From Auanema rhodensis (Eukaryota; Animalia; Nematoda): DNA of 64,000 nucleotides. Both the position numbers and the translations under genes were made by a program. The DNA lies in the NCBI GenBank assembly GCA_964057225.1, contig OZ059898.1, positions 7,936,001 to 8,000,000 on the forward strand. Reading direction: 5' to 3'. Positions 12,980-26,889 of this stretch are shown piece by piece (the stretch's first letter is position 1; each line of letters starts with the position of its first letter). The notes under the pieces were generated by a model. That model did no database searches. It had not been told where the DNA came from and saw only the letters and a program-made list of their open reading frames with translations.

Positions 12980-13035
<56 letters not shown>

Positions 13036-13047
13036 TTTCTCTCTCTC
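12979..13047. repeat. (CT)n microsatellite
   Basis: Near-perfect CT dinucleotide run. Confidence 0.95.
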
Positions 13048-15457
13048 TATCTTTGTAAATTTCTTATTTGATAACTGATATTGCATAATTTGGAAATTAT
13101 CTTTGTTCTTTTAACCATTGTACTATTAATTGCCCATTTTACTAAAATCTTTCGTATTGTTTTTTTCAATCCAATTACTGCATTTAACGGCTCATCCTTT
13201 TCTCTAAATACATTTTTCTTCAAACGGGATGTAGACATAGAGCTTAATCAGTCGTCATTATATGGTCGTCAAAAACGTGATAATCTGATGCCTTTGTCGT
13301 CATCATCCTCAGTTTCTTCTAAATGTTGTCTTCATCTGCACCCTCTACAGCCCATTGAAAACGATCCATCGCCTCTGAATTGAAAAATAGGTTTCTCGTT
13401 AACATCTATTACTATTCTCGTCTACTTCAATTAGTCTTAATAGCAAAATCTCTTCATTTCACTCTTTATCCTTTTATGCTCTCTCTCTATCTCTCTCTTT
13501 TTACCAATTCTTTCTTTCTCTCTCTTATTCTCTTATTTTCATCTTTCTCTCTCTCTGTCCTATCTATCACTGCCTCCATTATCTACTTTCGTTCGTTTTT
13601 TTTTCTCAAATGGTGGTCCATCTCTTTATTCAGTGATATTAGAAAGAACTAACCACAAACGACTTATACAAAGCTCATATTCTGAACATAAATCTTATTT
13701 TAAATGAAAAATACTTGTCGACTCACCAATCTCTACTCTGCTAAGAATGCACAATCTTAATGTATGATGTTCTTTACGAGCGAGCAAGGAATTAATGAAA
13801 TCAGCTGATCAGTGAATCAAGTTTCAAGTTTCTTGCTTAAAGCCTTTATCATATTTCTACTATTATAAGATTCAAACGACCTTATTATGAAATTGGAAAA
13901 ACATCCAGTAGTCTTTCATCAGATGGAGCTATGTAAGCTCAATGATCTAGTTGTTCTCATCTTGCAACGCAAGAAGCAACGCCTTAAATTGTGAATAAGC
14001 CTATTAGAAAACGACTAATTAATTATGTTTATCATAAATTTTTCGATCATGTTACTAAAATAGCTGAACACATTTTCGGAACCTACTTAACAGCCTTGTA
14101 ACAGACATATCCTTTTGCAGATTTTTCTCTATTGCTATGCTCATCTCTCTCCCCCACCTCTCTTTCTCTCTATCAATTTTTCATTTTCCTCTTCCTTTCT
14201 CTCTCTATGAATATAGCATGACTTCTCAACGTATCTATGTTTTACCATGAAACGAGTAAAACTATAACTCAGAGTATAAGCTCTAAATGCTTATCCTTTT
14301 CAATTTTTCCTGCTTTTCAAATCCATCCGTTTCTCTTTCTATCTCTTTCCTTCTGATCTATTTTATACTCTCTTTTCAATATTAAATATATAAAATAGAA
14401 ATTGTTTTCTATCTATAATTAGAAATTTGTTAAGAAATTGTCTAAAGAAGTAAGAGAAGTTTTTATTTTTCCATCATAATTCGAATGATGAATTCAAAAT
14501 ATTTTTTTTTGATTTTAACATACAGTAGAGTGTCAATGCTATTATTCTCATTAAGCTCATTTCTTTCAGCTTTTCGTATACTGAAACGGTTGTTCATTCT
14601 GGATGTTCTAAAAGATTTTTCACAATCTTCTTACTCATTCTCTTTCTTGTTTCCTCTCTCCCTCCCCCCCCTCTCTCTCTCTCAATCTTCTATCCAGTCA
14701 TCCTCTTACATAATTTCTTGTCTTTTTTCATTCTCTACATCTTACCTTCTTTATTCTCATCATCTGCCTTACTATCCACTGTTTATTCCATTCATTTGTG
14801 CTCTTTCTTCTATTTTTTGATCCTTTCCCCTCTCAGTCTCTACATGCTTCTTCTATCTCCTTAGTCTAACCATTTCAATTGTCTCCGCCCATTTTATTAT
14901 CTTACATTCGAAAAGCTCACAATCCCAGATGACTTATAGAGAACAGTTGAGTTCTCGTACATTCTCATTTTCATCATTATTTCTTTGTTATTAATATTTA
15001 AATCATTTTTTAAATTATATTTTCCTTAATTTATTATATTTCATAAACATATATTATATCAATATCAATATATATTTTTACATTTAATTATTCTATTCTT
15101 TAAAAAAAAATTAAAAAAAAATGATTCAGAGACATATGGTTTTGTTCTAAATTGATAATCCTTGAGCCATATCTTAAATATACAACCTAAAACTTCCGAA
15201 TGAATATTGATAATTAACATTTTAAATTAATTATATTTTTGATAAAAAAAAGATAAAAAGAAGAAGAATGATGTAGAATTTAAATGAAATCTTCAATTAT
15301 GCATATTAACTAAACCTAATCAATAACATTAATTTTCAAATAAATATGAAATATAAGGTGAAGGCAGAGAGATAAAGAAGAGAACAGAGAAATTGGTGTT
15401 GGGAGAAAGAACGAGATATGGAGCAAGAAAATGTGAGACAAAAGGAAAGCTAGAAAA

Positions 15458-15460
<3 letters not shown>

Positions 15461-15500
<40 letters not shown>
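15461..15500. repeat. (GA)n microsatellite
   Basis: GA run about 490 nt upstream of the orphan gene ATG. Confidence 0.95.
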
Positions 15501-15985
15501 AAAAAGTCAAAAAGGGAGAGATAGGTAGTGAGGTACATATCAGCATCACAGGTAATGAGGTCTAAGCAGGAACTGGGTGTTGAAAGATAAAAAAGATTGA
15601 CAGGAAAGGATACTGTAGGTCTTTTTAGTTATAAAAGTACTAAATAATATGTTTTATCATAAAAAGGAAATTTAAAAAAATCTAATTTTTCTATTCTAAT
15701 ATTCTAACCTATCATAACTATTTTCTTTTTATAGATTATAGTTTATTTTCAGAAAAGTTTTCAAAATAATCATTTTGTCGATTGTTTTGATGAAACTTTC
15801 AAATTTTATTTTAAACTTAAATAATTAAAATTAATTATAATTTTATTAATAATAATATAATAACAATAATAAATTAAAAAATAACAAACAAATTTATTTT
15901 TCATCAAATTATTCTTTTTTTTTTTGAAATCTTTCACGGGTTCAATAAGAAAGTCATTCGGAAAGTTTAGGTTTTGTTCAACAAT

Positions 15986-18059
15986 ATGGCTCGCGCGAAC
16001 AACACGAATGTGAATCGTGCAACACGTGGTCGACCACGTCGTGCAGAATCTACTTCTTCATCTCATAAATCCGTAAATCTATTATTTCGTTACAAGACTT
16101 ATGTTGATCAAAGAACAGCCAAATATGCCATAGTTTTCAGGCTTATCGATATTGGTTAAACAACGAATCATTAACTTCTTCAATGCCCGAGCCATTTCAT
16201 CGCTTATCTCAATATAACAATGATATGGCAGCAAAGCAAAATATGTGGCAAAATCCAGCTCATCAACAACCTAATCATCCACAGATGATGATAAATCATT
16301 CAAATACTTCAATGATGCAACAACAGCATGAGTATCCAGGTTATCAACAATCGGTAGGGCTTTAACCGAAAATCTTATTGAAAGTTTCTAATTAATTTTT
16401 AATTTAAAACGAAAAAAAAATAAATTAAAGTATATGAAAGATAACAAAACAGTTTAGCTGCCAAATAACTGGGGAAATCAGCAACAGCATAATGAATTTC
16501 CTTCCGACATCCCAACAATGCAGGTATTATTATAGTTATCATTCATCGAACCAAGGTTTGAATGATATTCAGATAGATAAAAATTCGGAAACTCACAATG
16601 AACAACACCATCAGGAGCAACATCAACCACATCAACCACCACCACCGCCACCACAACAACAACAACAACATCACCACCACCACCAACAACAACAACAACA
16701 ACAACAACAACACTATAATCAAAATCATAACCAACAGCATCAACAATACTGTGTAAGTATCTTAACTGAATATTCTTTATTAATTAAAAGCTCAAAACAA
16801 AACTTAAGAAGGTCCTTTTTGATCTTTTCGGTCAATATGAGTACGGTAGCTCTACCGTAATACTTATATGTAATGCCTTTAACATTACTGTAAACGATTT
16901 AATCAAAATGAAATTTTATTGAGATATTACTACAGTAAAACTATAATTTCATAATTCTATTCAAAAATTATAATTATTTATAAAAACTTTATTATTTGTA
17001 TATATTACAGGATAATACAAGTAAAAATAATGGTGTTGCTTGGAAATATTCAGAAAATACTACTGTATGTTTCAAATCTTTTAAAGAAACACCAAGTTTT
17101 TTATTTATTTTATTTAAATTATAGGATTGTCGACCTCCTAATATGCCTGTTCCACCTCAACAGCCACAAATGATGGGCTATTACCCAGGAGCTCATCCAA
17201 TGGTTGGATATCCACAACCTTATGGCTATGGACATCCTGTATTTGCACCTCATTTCATGCCACCACCAGAAATGTTTATGATGAATCCACATCATATGCA
17301 ACCAATGATGCCACCTCAAATGATTCCAAATCCTCATAATCTACAATCAACTCTCAATTCTCCAGTTATGAATTCTCCACACATGGGTTCACCATGGATG
17401 AATTCACCAAATATCAATGTAAACAGTGTGAATTCATCAATTTCATCGAATTCATCAATTATTGAATCACCGGTATGTTATAATAAATATTTATTTATAT
17501 AATATTAACTAAAATAATATTTATAGTTTCAAAATCCAGCTATGTATCATGAAGTTCCTGAAATTGTTCCTCAGGTATTAGAAATAAATTATATAAAAAT
17601 ATACTTTATAATTAAGCCATATGTCTATTCTTCACAAGATGATACAACAATTCCTAATTATCAAATGATGAACAATGTTGTTCCTTCAAATGGTAAAATA
17701 TTTTAAATTTTTTATTTTCTTTTTTTGAAGGAAAATTTTAGATCAAACAGATAAATCATTTGAAGTATATGATATATTTCAATCATTTAAACCAGGTTAA
17801 TCATTTGAATTAAAAATTTTTTTAAGAAAAAAAATAAAAATTTAGAACAATTACGTGAAATTTATCAACAATATCTTCGTTGTAATGATGATAATGTTGA
17901 ACCAATTTTAAATGATTTATGTAAAACATTCAATAAACCATATGCTATGATTCGATTAGCTTTTGAGGTTAATACATATATTTTTTTCATTTATTACAGT
18001 ATATTATTTATTTTCAGCACATGTCTAAAAATCCTCGATCTTTCAGCTATCTTGGCTAG
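15986..18059 (+). CDS. Orphan nuclear-protein candidate, 11 exons, about 429 aa: AT-hook, Q/H/P/M-rich low-complexity region, C-terminal homeodomain-like helical segment
   Basis: Exons 15986-16072, 16141-16353, 16458-16523, 16573-16752, 17011-17064, 17125-17472, 17527-17574, 17617-17692, 17742-17795, 17846-17967, 18018-18059 join in frame via GT-AG introns. TTTAG acceptor at 15966-15970 precedes the ATG; TAG at 18057-18059. Confidence 0.75.
16621..16747 (+). repeat. Coding CAA/CAC/CCA trinucleotide repeats (polyP-polyQ-polyH-polyQ)
   Basis: HQPHQPPPPPPQQQQQHHHHHQQQQQQQQQH in exon 4 of the orphan gene. Confidence 0.9.
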
Positions 18060-18771
18060 AAACTTCCAGAAACCTTTCAATTTGTCGTTTAAAGTGACTG
18101 TTTTTCAAATAATTGCCTAAATTTAATGTATCTTCTTTTACGATTTTATATGCTTTAAACATTTAGAAGTAAATAATTTCCTCATTTTCAACTAATTTAT
18201 ATTATTATTTCTATTTAAACTATATATACTTTATTTTAAATACTTCATTTCAGGCCTCATTATTTACATTATTAGAACCTTCTATTTTATTCTTCGTATT
18301 ACTCTTTATAAATTTAGTTAATTATCACCGTAGTATAGTTTTTGCATATATAATCTTATATAACTTATGTAAGCTAATAATAATAATAATAATTAAAATC
18401 AAAACTTTATTGTAAAATCGTTGACATAAAATATGTTATATTGACAAATCTATTCAACATAAATTGAGCATAAATACAAGGAAAGGTCATGTAATATTTA
18501 TGTTTTTTAAATCAAAAATAAGAAGAAAAAGAAGTTTATGATTGGATGATTGTTTTATAATTTTACATATATGTATAAATGAAAAAGACGAAATGATAAG
18601 AATTTGGCTTCAATTTATAAAATTTTAATTTCAGTTTATATACATACATATGTATAAACATATTTTCTTTCATTATTATTCAAAAATAAACAAATAATTG
18701 AAAAAGACAGTTATTGATATCATTAATCAATTTGAAATTAATTGTTTTTAATGATATTTGAAGAAAAAGTT

Positions 18772-19733
18772 TTAAAAAGTTGTTTCCTCACGTTTACGTG
18801 ATGTGAAAATGGGTAAAGTTACAATTGTTGTTATAATTTGTAATATAACAACACCAAGCATACTAAATCCAAATATAACAAGAGTTAAATCTAATCTTTC
18901 CCAAACAGCATTTGTACATGTTTTCTTAAAATTAATAAGTAAAAAAAATAAAAAAATAGGTTTAAGAATTGATTTACCTGTCCTGGAGAACATCCTAATG
19001 TTGCTTGTCCATCAACACCACAACAGCTATACTAAAAATTATAAATATATATATAAATATACATATATTGATTGATTGAATAATAAAATATGAAAATTAA
19101 AAAAATATAAAACATACACGATCAGTTATAGCTTGTATATCTTGTTGACTTTGTACAACATAAGAATAATTAACGTAGGAATTTACTTCGTTTTTGACCT
19201 AAAAAGAATTTTTTTTTCTAAATATAAATGAATTATCTTACAGCTCCATGTTTAACTATTACAAATATTCCAACAGCAATTTCAAGTGCAATCAGAATAA
19301 TCATACAAATGAAATATAGAATGAGAATACATCGTGATTTGATACATGAACCAATCATTCCAAAGAATCCAAGTATGAAACAAGCAATAGCAAAACCCAT
19401 AATAACCCAATAAGATACAGTTATCTGTAAAATATATGCATATAGTTAATATAAATTATTTAACGTTACCCATGTTCTCATTTCTTCTTTAATTTCTCCT
19501 AAGGGTTCAATATTATTTTTAAGTTGAATAGCATTACGAAGGGCATATTCAAAGTTATTATCCCAACGAATCCAGCAAGCTAAACCTATCACAGCTGCTG
19601 CTACTAGCTATAATTTAATTTATATTTCAAAAACTAACTATGTTCACTTGTTTTAAATTAAAAAAAAAAGACTTACAAGCATTAATAAGTTGAGGATACC
19701 AACAAAACCGCGAGAACATGTCACACACGACAT
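18772..19733 (-). CDS. Tetraspanin, 6 coding exons
   Basis: Four hydrophobic segments, GFFGMIGSCIKSRCILILYF across TM2-TM3, LEIAVG in TM3, YSCCG in the large loop, and two further Cys (GCSPGQKTC). ATG at 19731-19733 follows a TTTATCAG acceptor. Confidence 0.93.
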
Positions 19734-22700
19734 TTTCTGATAAATATTAAAAATAATAAAATAAATATATATTATATATTATAGTATTTAAAAAATATAA
19801 CGATAAATATATTTGTAAAGACAATAAGATTATAATGATTTATCTACATGAAGTATGAGAATATAAACTCAAAATTGAGACTGTCAGATAATATTTGTTG
19901 AACGTCTCTAAAGATCTTCTGAAGACTAACCAAAGGTATGAGTCAAATCAAGTAAATAATATGAAGAAATGTGATGAAAACATGATAGAATGAGAGATTG
20001 TGAGAGAATGATTAAGCAATACAAGGAAGAACCAAACACAGTATATGTATAATGTAGGTGAAAAGTAAAGAAAGTTCATATTGATGATATAATAATCAAC
20101 ATAACTCATTTGAATGTTAAATTGAAAAAAGAAGAAAAAGAAAAACGTTGTTGTAGAAATACTGAATGAGTTATATATACATACATACATATATACACAT
20201 ATGTGTGAAGAAATGTATTAGAAAATGGAAGAAATGAATGTAAATGAAAATAGATCAGATTGAGAAGGTGGAGAGAAAAGAGGAGAAAAAGAATAAACTA
20301 TGTGAATATAGCTAGTTATACGAGATATAGTTATATTCAAAAAGCTTTTGAATCTTTGTGTTGTAAGCTGATTCATTTTAATTTGTTATGTAATACAAAT
20401 GAAAATAGTATTGAAAATGAAGAGAATTATGATATAGATAGCGTTCAGGTTTTGCTAGCAAAAGTAATTCCGAATAGCATATAATTAGAATTATATCTGA
20501 ATCATAGAAGACCATGCATAGCACTGAGCACAACGAGAGGGCAAGCACCGACTAACATAGAGGGTGGCAGTAAAACATATCAAATATCACATAACTAACT
20601 AACCCTTTTACCCTCTTAGACTATATATGAATAGTATTATAGTTATATTAGTTATGATGTACTAGAAGCTGAAGAATAAGTCTATATAAGAAAATGTTTA
20701 AAGGATGTGAAGTAAGGTGAGGTAGGTGAACGAAAGAAAGAATAATGTGAAAGAGAAGAGAAAGAATAAGATCAAGAGTAGTATGTAAAATTCTGAAGAA
20801 AGAAGTAAGAATAATAGTTTTAAAGAAGTAAAAAGAGGTTATATTGAATATATAGAATATTGGAAACAACCGTTCAACACTACTTCATGAAATAAAATAA
20901 AAAAAAATGAAAAGTTCACTATATTGAGTATAATATTTCACGTGAAAATACGTCAAGCATTGGAATATTTAGAATAACTTATAATAGATTATATACCTAT
21001 CTCTCTATCTATCTATCTATATAAATTGAGATATAGAATTATAAATTTAAAAAGAGAAACTATTTAAAATAAGTACATTAGTTATAGAAACGAAATATAT
21101 ATATATTTCAAAGATAATTAGAGTTAAATTGTTATATTTCAATTGATATATCTTTCTAAATCAGTTATAATAGAATATAGAATATATAAAAATTATATGT
21201 TATTCATATAAACATATAATATAGTTTTTATTTCGAAAAAAAAAGAAGAAAAATTATAAGTTTATGAATAGAAAATTCATAAATTTGATCTCAAAAGGTT
21301 TTGATATATGTATTTCAGTAAAATGATTGGTGAGAGGAAAAGATGTTCAGAGTAGAGGTGTGAAAGACAAAGAATTCAATCTAGTTGTCTTGCTCTTGAT
21401 ACCGGAAGCTTGGCAGTTTGATGCGTGATCTCTAAATATTTGATTTAAAGGCAAATTATAAGAGATGATATGATTGTCAAGAATTCGGAAAAAATCTGAA
21501 ATCAAGAAATGATAATGAAGATTTGAAACGGTATGATACAATTGGTTATCAAATAAGAATCGAAAAATGATTCTCATCCTACATCATCATGTTTGTTCTC
21601 GAGATTTTTTGACGAAAAATGAGGAAATTAAATGGATAAACAGACAAGTTGTATGAAACTAGCTAAGAACAGCATACGAAGTTCAGATAGAACGTGTCAT
21701 TAAATCCACAATTGTATCATGACACTTTACAGGAACAGGAAAAAAAGGAAAAAGAAAACGTTTCGCACATTTTGACGCAATCAGCGACGCAGTTCCGGAG
21801 CAATCAACGAGTTCAATTTGTTTGAAAATATGTGAAAAGAAATTTATTAAAATGGATATCCATGGACGTTTTATATCCAAAATGATTTAAATAAGAAATC
21901 TATATAGATTTAGAAGAGAAATTGATTAAAGAAGAAGTTTTGTTCAGAATTGAAGAACACACCTTTGTGGATTTACAGAAAAAAATGAAAGAAAAAACAG
22001 TGTATAAGTCTAGTTTGAAACGTAAAGAATAGAATAATGAAATGAAATTTATATATAAAAACATTAAAAGAAATTAATAATAATTATTATTATTATGAAA
22101 CATACAGAGAAATAATATTTAGAAACAATATTTTTCATTTTATCTGTTTCTTAACAATAAAAGTTTGTTTTCTATTTCTCTATTTCTCTCTTAATATCTT
22201 ATTGTTTAATACTATCTCACTTTTTATTCTAAAAAGGAAGAGAACTTTTGAAATTAAAAAATAATCAAAAATATTTTTGGGTCATAAGGTAATAAATAAA
22301 AATAATTAGTATGATTAAAAGAAAAAAATAGTTAATTATGTGAAAGTATTGAAATATATTTGTATACCTTGACGACATCTTTTTACAACAATTCTGTAAA
22401 AAGATGGATCAAAAGGTTCAGAATTGAAACATGATTTCATATCGAAATCAACATCTGATGAGGCAAAATCGAATTTGATGTCAAACAACAGAAGGAAATG
22501 AACCGTTGACATTCTAAAAAGAATAATGTTGACTCAGCTGTGTGCTCTAATGCTGATAGTCCTTTTCCGGCTTCAACGTTGGCATCTCCATCTCATTCAC
22601 GTCTACTACCTTTGTCTCTCTATCTCTTTGTATGCTGTGTATATGAATATCTCGTTGTCTGCATGAGAGTCTTTTTCTCTTATACTCTCCCACTTTCACG

Positions 22701-25049
22701 TGTAATATCTGCAGTTGCTTTACGTTTCAAGGGTTCACATGTGAACTTTGAGCCTTCAGGGCACTTGTCTACTTTTGGAATTGAAAGTTGAATCAAGAAG
22801 ATAGAAAGAAAAAAGGAAATATAAATGAAAAAGTGTTGAAAATATAATAAAGCAAGCAAAGAAACAAAAAATTTAAAAGAAATTGACATAACGACGTTTT
22901 TGTTTTAAAATATTTTTAAACATTGTGCAATACTCTTTCAATACATGTGAAAGAATAAAATATTAGGAAGAAAACAGAAAGATTTGGAAAGAAAGAGAGA
23001 AAGAGAGGGAGAGAGATAGTTTCGAAACTAATGAGGAAAATGAAATGAAAACAAGAAAATAGTTTTGAAATACCTACCCGAAATTGAATCCGCATATAAG
23101 AAAATAGATGGAGAGAAAGGCACTTGTTGCTGTTGAGTTGGCAGATTACCAAATGAAAGAATCAAGAATCTATATCTATATTCATCATTCATCTGATTTA
23201 CATATCATTTTGTTTTTCTTTATTTTCTATCTAAATATAGTTAAATAAGGATTTTATAAGAAAGTATATCTATATCTCATGTATCTTATGTATATGAGGC
23301 CATATAGTATAGTCACATGCAAAAGAATGGAAGCCAAGACTTAATAATAATAATATATAAGTATATATATATATATATATATATGTTTATATATTATATA
23401 GTATATATATACTTATATTATAAAATTAAAACAATATTTTAATAATTATAATTAATATACATATATGTATTTGTATGTTTATTCATTTATTTATTTAAAA
23501 CAAAAAATGAAAACCTTATTCAAATAAAATAAAAATTGATAACAATAATCATTATATGAAAAAAGAAAATTAACTCCAACTCTTAAGTAAGAACATACAT
23601 ACATACTTATATGGATATTTATTGTTTCATACATACATATGTTTGATAAAAATATTTTTTTTTTCGCAACGAAATTTTCATTTGAAGGCATTTTTTTTAT
23701 TTTTTAAAAAAAAATGTTTTATAATAATTATATATTATATAAATATAATAATATTATTATATTATAAAGTAATAAAATGAGAAGAATTATAATTATCTCT
23801 CACATCCTGTCTCTCTAGAATATCTCAATCTGATTCATGCTTTTGTTTGTTTAGTTTCAAGCACCTGAGTTCCATTCTTTACCTTCCTTCATCACTCTAT
23901 ACTCACATTTCTAAGCTTAAAAACTGTAAAATCAATATATTATATGATTCATTATTTAATATTCTATTGTTTTAAATATCAAATTTTAAATAATATTAAT
24001 ATTATTCAAAAATAATATTTTAAAATAAAATTTTAACCAATTTTTAATAAAAATAATAAAATAGTTTTGATTATATTAATCTATGTATTTATTCATCAAC
24101 CGCTTCACGCTAAAGTTCTCAAATAAATAAATTGCTTGCTGCAGGCTACGTGAAACAGATGAGAATACAGGATTATCACGTGCGTTTATGGTAGATTATA
24201 TATAATATTATTACATTGTTTTAGTATATTATATGTTATAATTTATAAATATTTTGTATAAAATAAGTAAATTTGATTGAAATTATTTATTTTCTTTGAA
24301 ATATTTTCATATTATTCATATAAAATACACGTGAAACAAATTATTATTAATCTAAAAAATTATGATTAGTGACTCGTATGATGGAGCATAGGTGTATATG
24401 TATATAGTTACATATATGGATATTTATTATGTATATATAGATATATATATATATGAGAAATAGATAAAATTACTATTTTAATTATAAAAAACTGTTAATT
24501 TTCTTTATTTTTAAGAAAAAAAAGAAAAGATGAATCATAATTTGAGATACATTGAATTTAATCTACAGGAGATCATATGTAGTTGTACGAGATTCGGTAT
24601 TTGGTCGTTCAGAGACATTTGGAAATTTCAGGAAAAGAAAACGGTTTTTTCTATTTTATTGTAAATGCAAAACGAATTAAAAGAAATTGATATTTTCTCT
24701 TTTATGTTTGTTTGATAAGAAGAAACAGTTTGTTTGTTTCTTAACTTATCTTTTACTTGAAAAGGAGATTTTGGTTTGTGCATGCTTTTTAGTGAAAGTC
24801 AGATGTATATCCGTTTCCTTTCTAGCTATCTATGCAGTTTTGTATACAATTTCTACTTGGAACATACGGGAAACCGGCTTTCTGATAATGATATTAGGCG
24901 TCTCTCATGGTCAGAGTGCTGGACGTCGTCGTATAGCTTGTCTGGATCATCATTATTATCGTTGTTGTCGTCATGGTCGTGGTCGTTATTGTCTATTTCG
25001 TTAGTATCATAACTGCGCTTCTGAGTTTTAACGCCTCGGAAGTTTGTTC

Positions 25050-26889
25050 TCACTTAATTGAATAATGAGCTGTTGTTGTTGTGGATATACGACGTGGTCG
25101 AATCTGTAAACCAGCGCCTGAGAGACGGGGTGTTGTTGCAACAGACGATAATCCGGAAGACGCTGATATAGATGATGACAAGGAAGATGGTGAAAGCGAT
25201 AATGCTGGAGGTAATGCACCTGATGATGCTGAAGGCATAGAAGGTGGAACTGGAGCAGAAGCTGCAGGTAATGATAATGAAGAAGCCGGTGAATTAGGAA
25301 GGTTTGAGGCATGCGACGAGGGTGCAGGGTAAGATGGATATGAAGGGTACGATGGATATGAAGGATATGATGGATAAGACACATATGATGATGGTGTTGA
25401 AGCTGATGGGGAAGACAACGAGGAAGAGGACGAGCCGTATCGAGGGTATAATGGTGCTGGAGGAACTACTGCCAATGGCGAAGATGGTACATGTCTATCA
25501 GCACCACCGTATGCTCTCTCTTTATTTCGTTTAATTTCTTCCTCACGTAGCCGTCGTATATCTTCGCGACGACGTTGACGTCGCATTTCTTCACGAAGAA
25601 GTCGTTCCTCACGTCTACTTTTGATTTTTTTTCGATTTTTTCGCTTTTGTTCAATAGATGATGGTTTAGAATGCGCATTTAATCTATAAATTATAATTAA
25701 TATAATTAGTATAGTATATAAATAAAACATACTTTGTATTCCTAATATCAGATGATGTATATGTATTTATAGATTTATGATAACTATTACGAATTTTAGA
25801 TAATGACTGGTTTTGTAATGACATTAATAGAAGTCTTGATAAACCATCTTGTCCTTCTGATACATAATTGTGTGAGATTGATGTTTTATCATAATGAATG
25901 ACAAGAAAATGACTTGCCTAAAAAATCAATATAGAAATATATAGAATATAAATATATTTTTATAATTATAAAAGAAATAATATTCAAAATTTACTTTTCG
26001 ACGTCGTCTTGTATTTTTTCCTTTACGTGGTATACCAGTTCGACGTAATGCTACATACCATGGTCGTTTACGTGATCCATACATACAAGATGAATATAAA
26101 TTATAATAATTTTCCATCATTTCTTCCATAAAAACACATTCAGAAGTATAATTTGAGATCGGCTGGAATAAGAATAAGAATAAGAATAAGAATAATATAA
26201 AATATTTAAAATAATATAAGAAAAATTAATTTTATAATATTCTTTACAAATTTTATATGACGTCATGATGATGTCGTACTTCAAATAATATATGTAAAAT
26301 CAAAATATAATGATGAATATACCGTTGAATAGAGACTTCCTTCATGATTCATACATAAATATCGATTTGATTGAACTCCACGAATACTAATTAGACCAAT
26401 AGCAACAGAAATAAAATCTAATACACCATATCGGGTATTTTCTGTGGATGAGCCACGAACAGTTTCTCGTTCAATCACATTTTCTGGTGGTTCACTTAAA
26501 ATTTCCAACCAAGTACCTGAACGACAGAAAAGAGCACCACGACGAGCTTTTCCTATTTTACTAAAAATATAATTAAATTAATTTAGTAAAAACCATTATA
26601 ACTTACAATGGTGAACCATTCGGTATTCCATAGTTTTCTTGCCACTCATAACGTTCTCGAACTTTAGCAGCCGTTGATTTACAAAATGACAACATTTCAG
26701 CTGTTGAATTTGCATCATTTTTTTGACCAAACTATATAAAATAAATAAAATAATAATATATTTGAAATATTAACTTACATAAGAATAATAAGAAGAATAA
26801 GATGAAGGACTAGGTGTTGAAGTGCCTACCGTAAACGGATAAAACGATACAGCACTTCCGCCAATAGATAAAACAGACGAAAGGTCCAT
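25050..26889 (-). CDS. let-756: Fibroblast growth factor, LET-756 orthologue, 6 coding exons
   Basis: RRGALFCRSGTWLEIL, ISIRGVQSNRYLCMN, ECVFMEEMMENYYNLYSSC, RRRRKASHFLV and the basic coiled tail RREERLLREE...LREEE match C. elegans LET-756 as I recall it. N-terminal SSVLSIGGSA resembles SSIVSYGGAA. No signal peptide. Confidence 0.95.
25330..25378 (-). repeat. Coding 9-nt tandem repeat, (SYP)x5, in the let-756 C-terminal tail
   Basis: SYPSYPSYPSYPSYP with synonymous variation between units. Confidence 0.85.

Noticed and set aside
16024-16039. 16-bp perfect palindrome ACGTGGTCGACCACGT
   Set aside because: Explained by preferred codons for R-G-R-P-R (CGT GGT CGA CCA CGT) in the AT-hook.
16543-17337. 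Minus-strand Leu/Trp-rich ORFs
   Set aside because: Antisense shadows of CAA/CCA-rich exons.
25028-25678. Overlapping antisense and alternative-frame ORFs over the last let-756 exon
   Set aside because: Shadow ORFs of a low-complexity S/P/R-rich exon.
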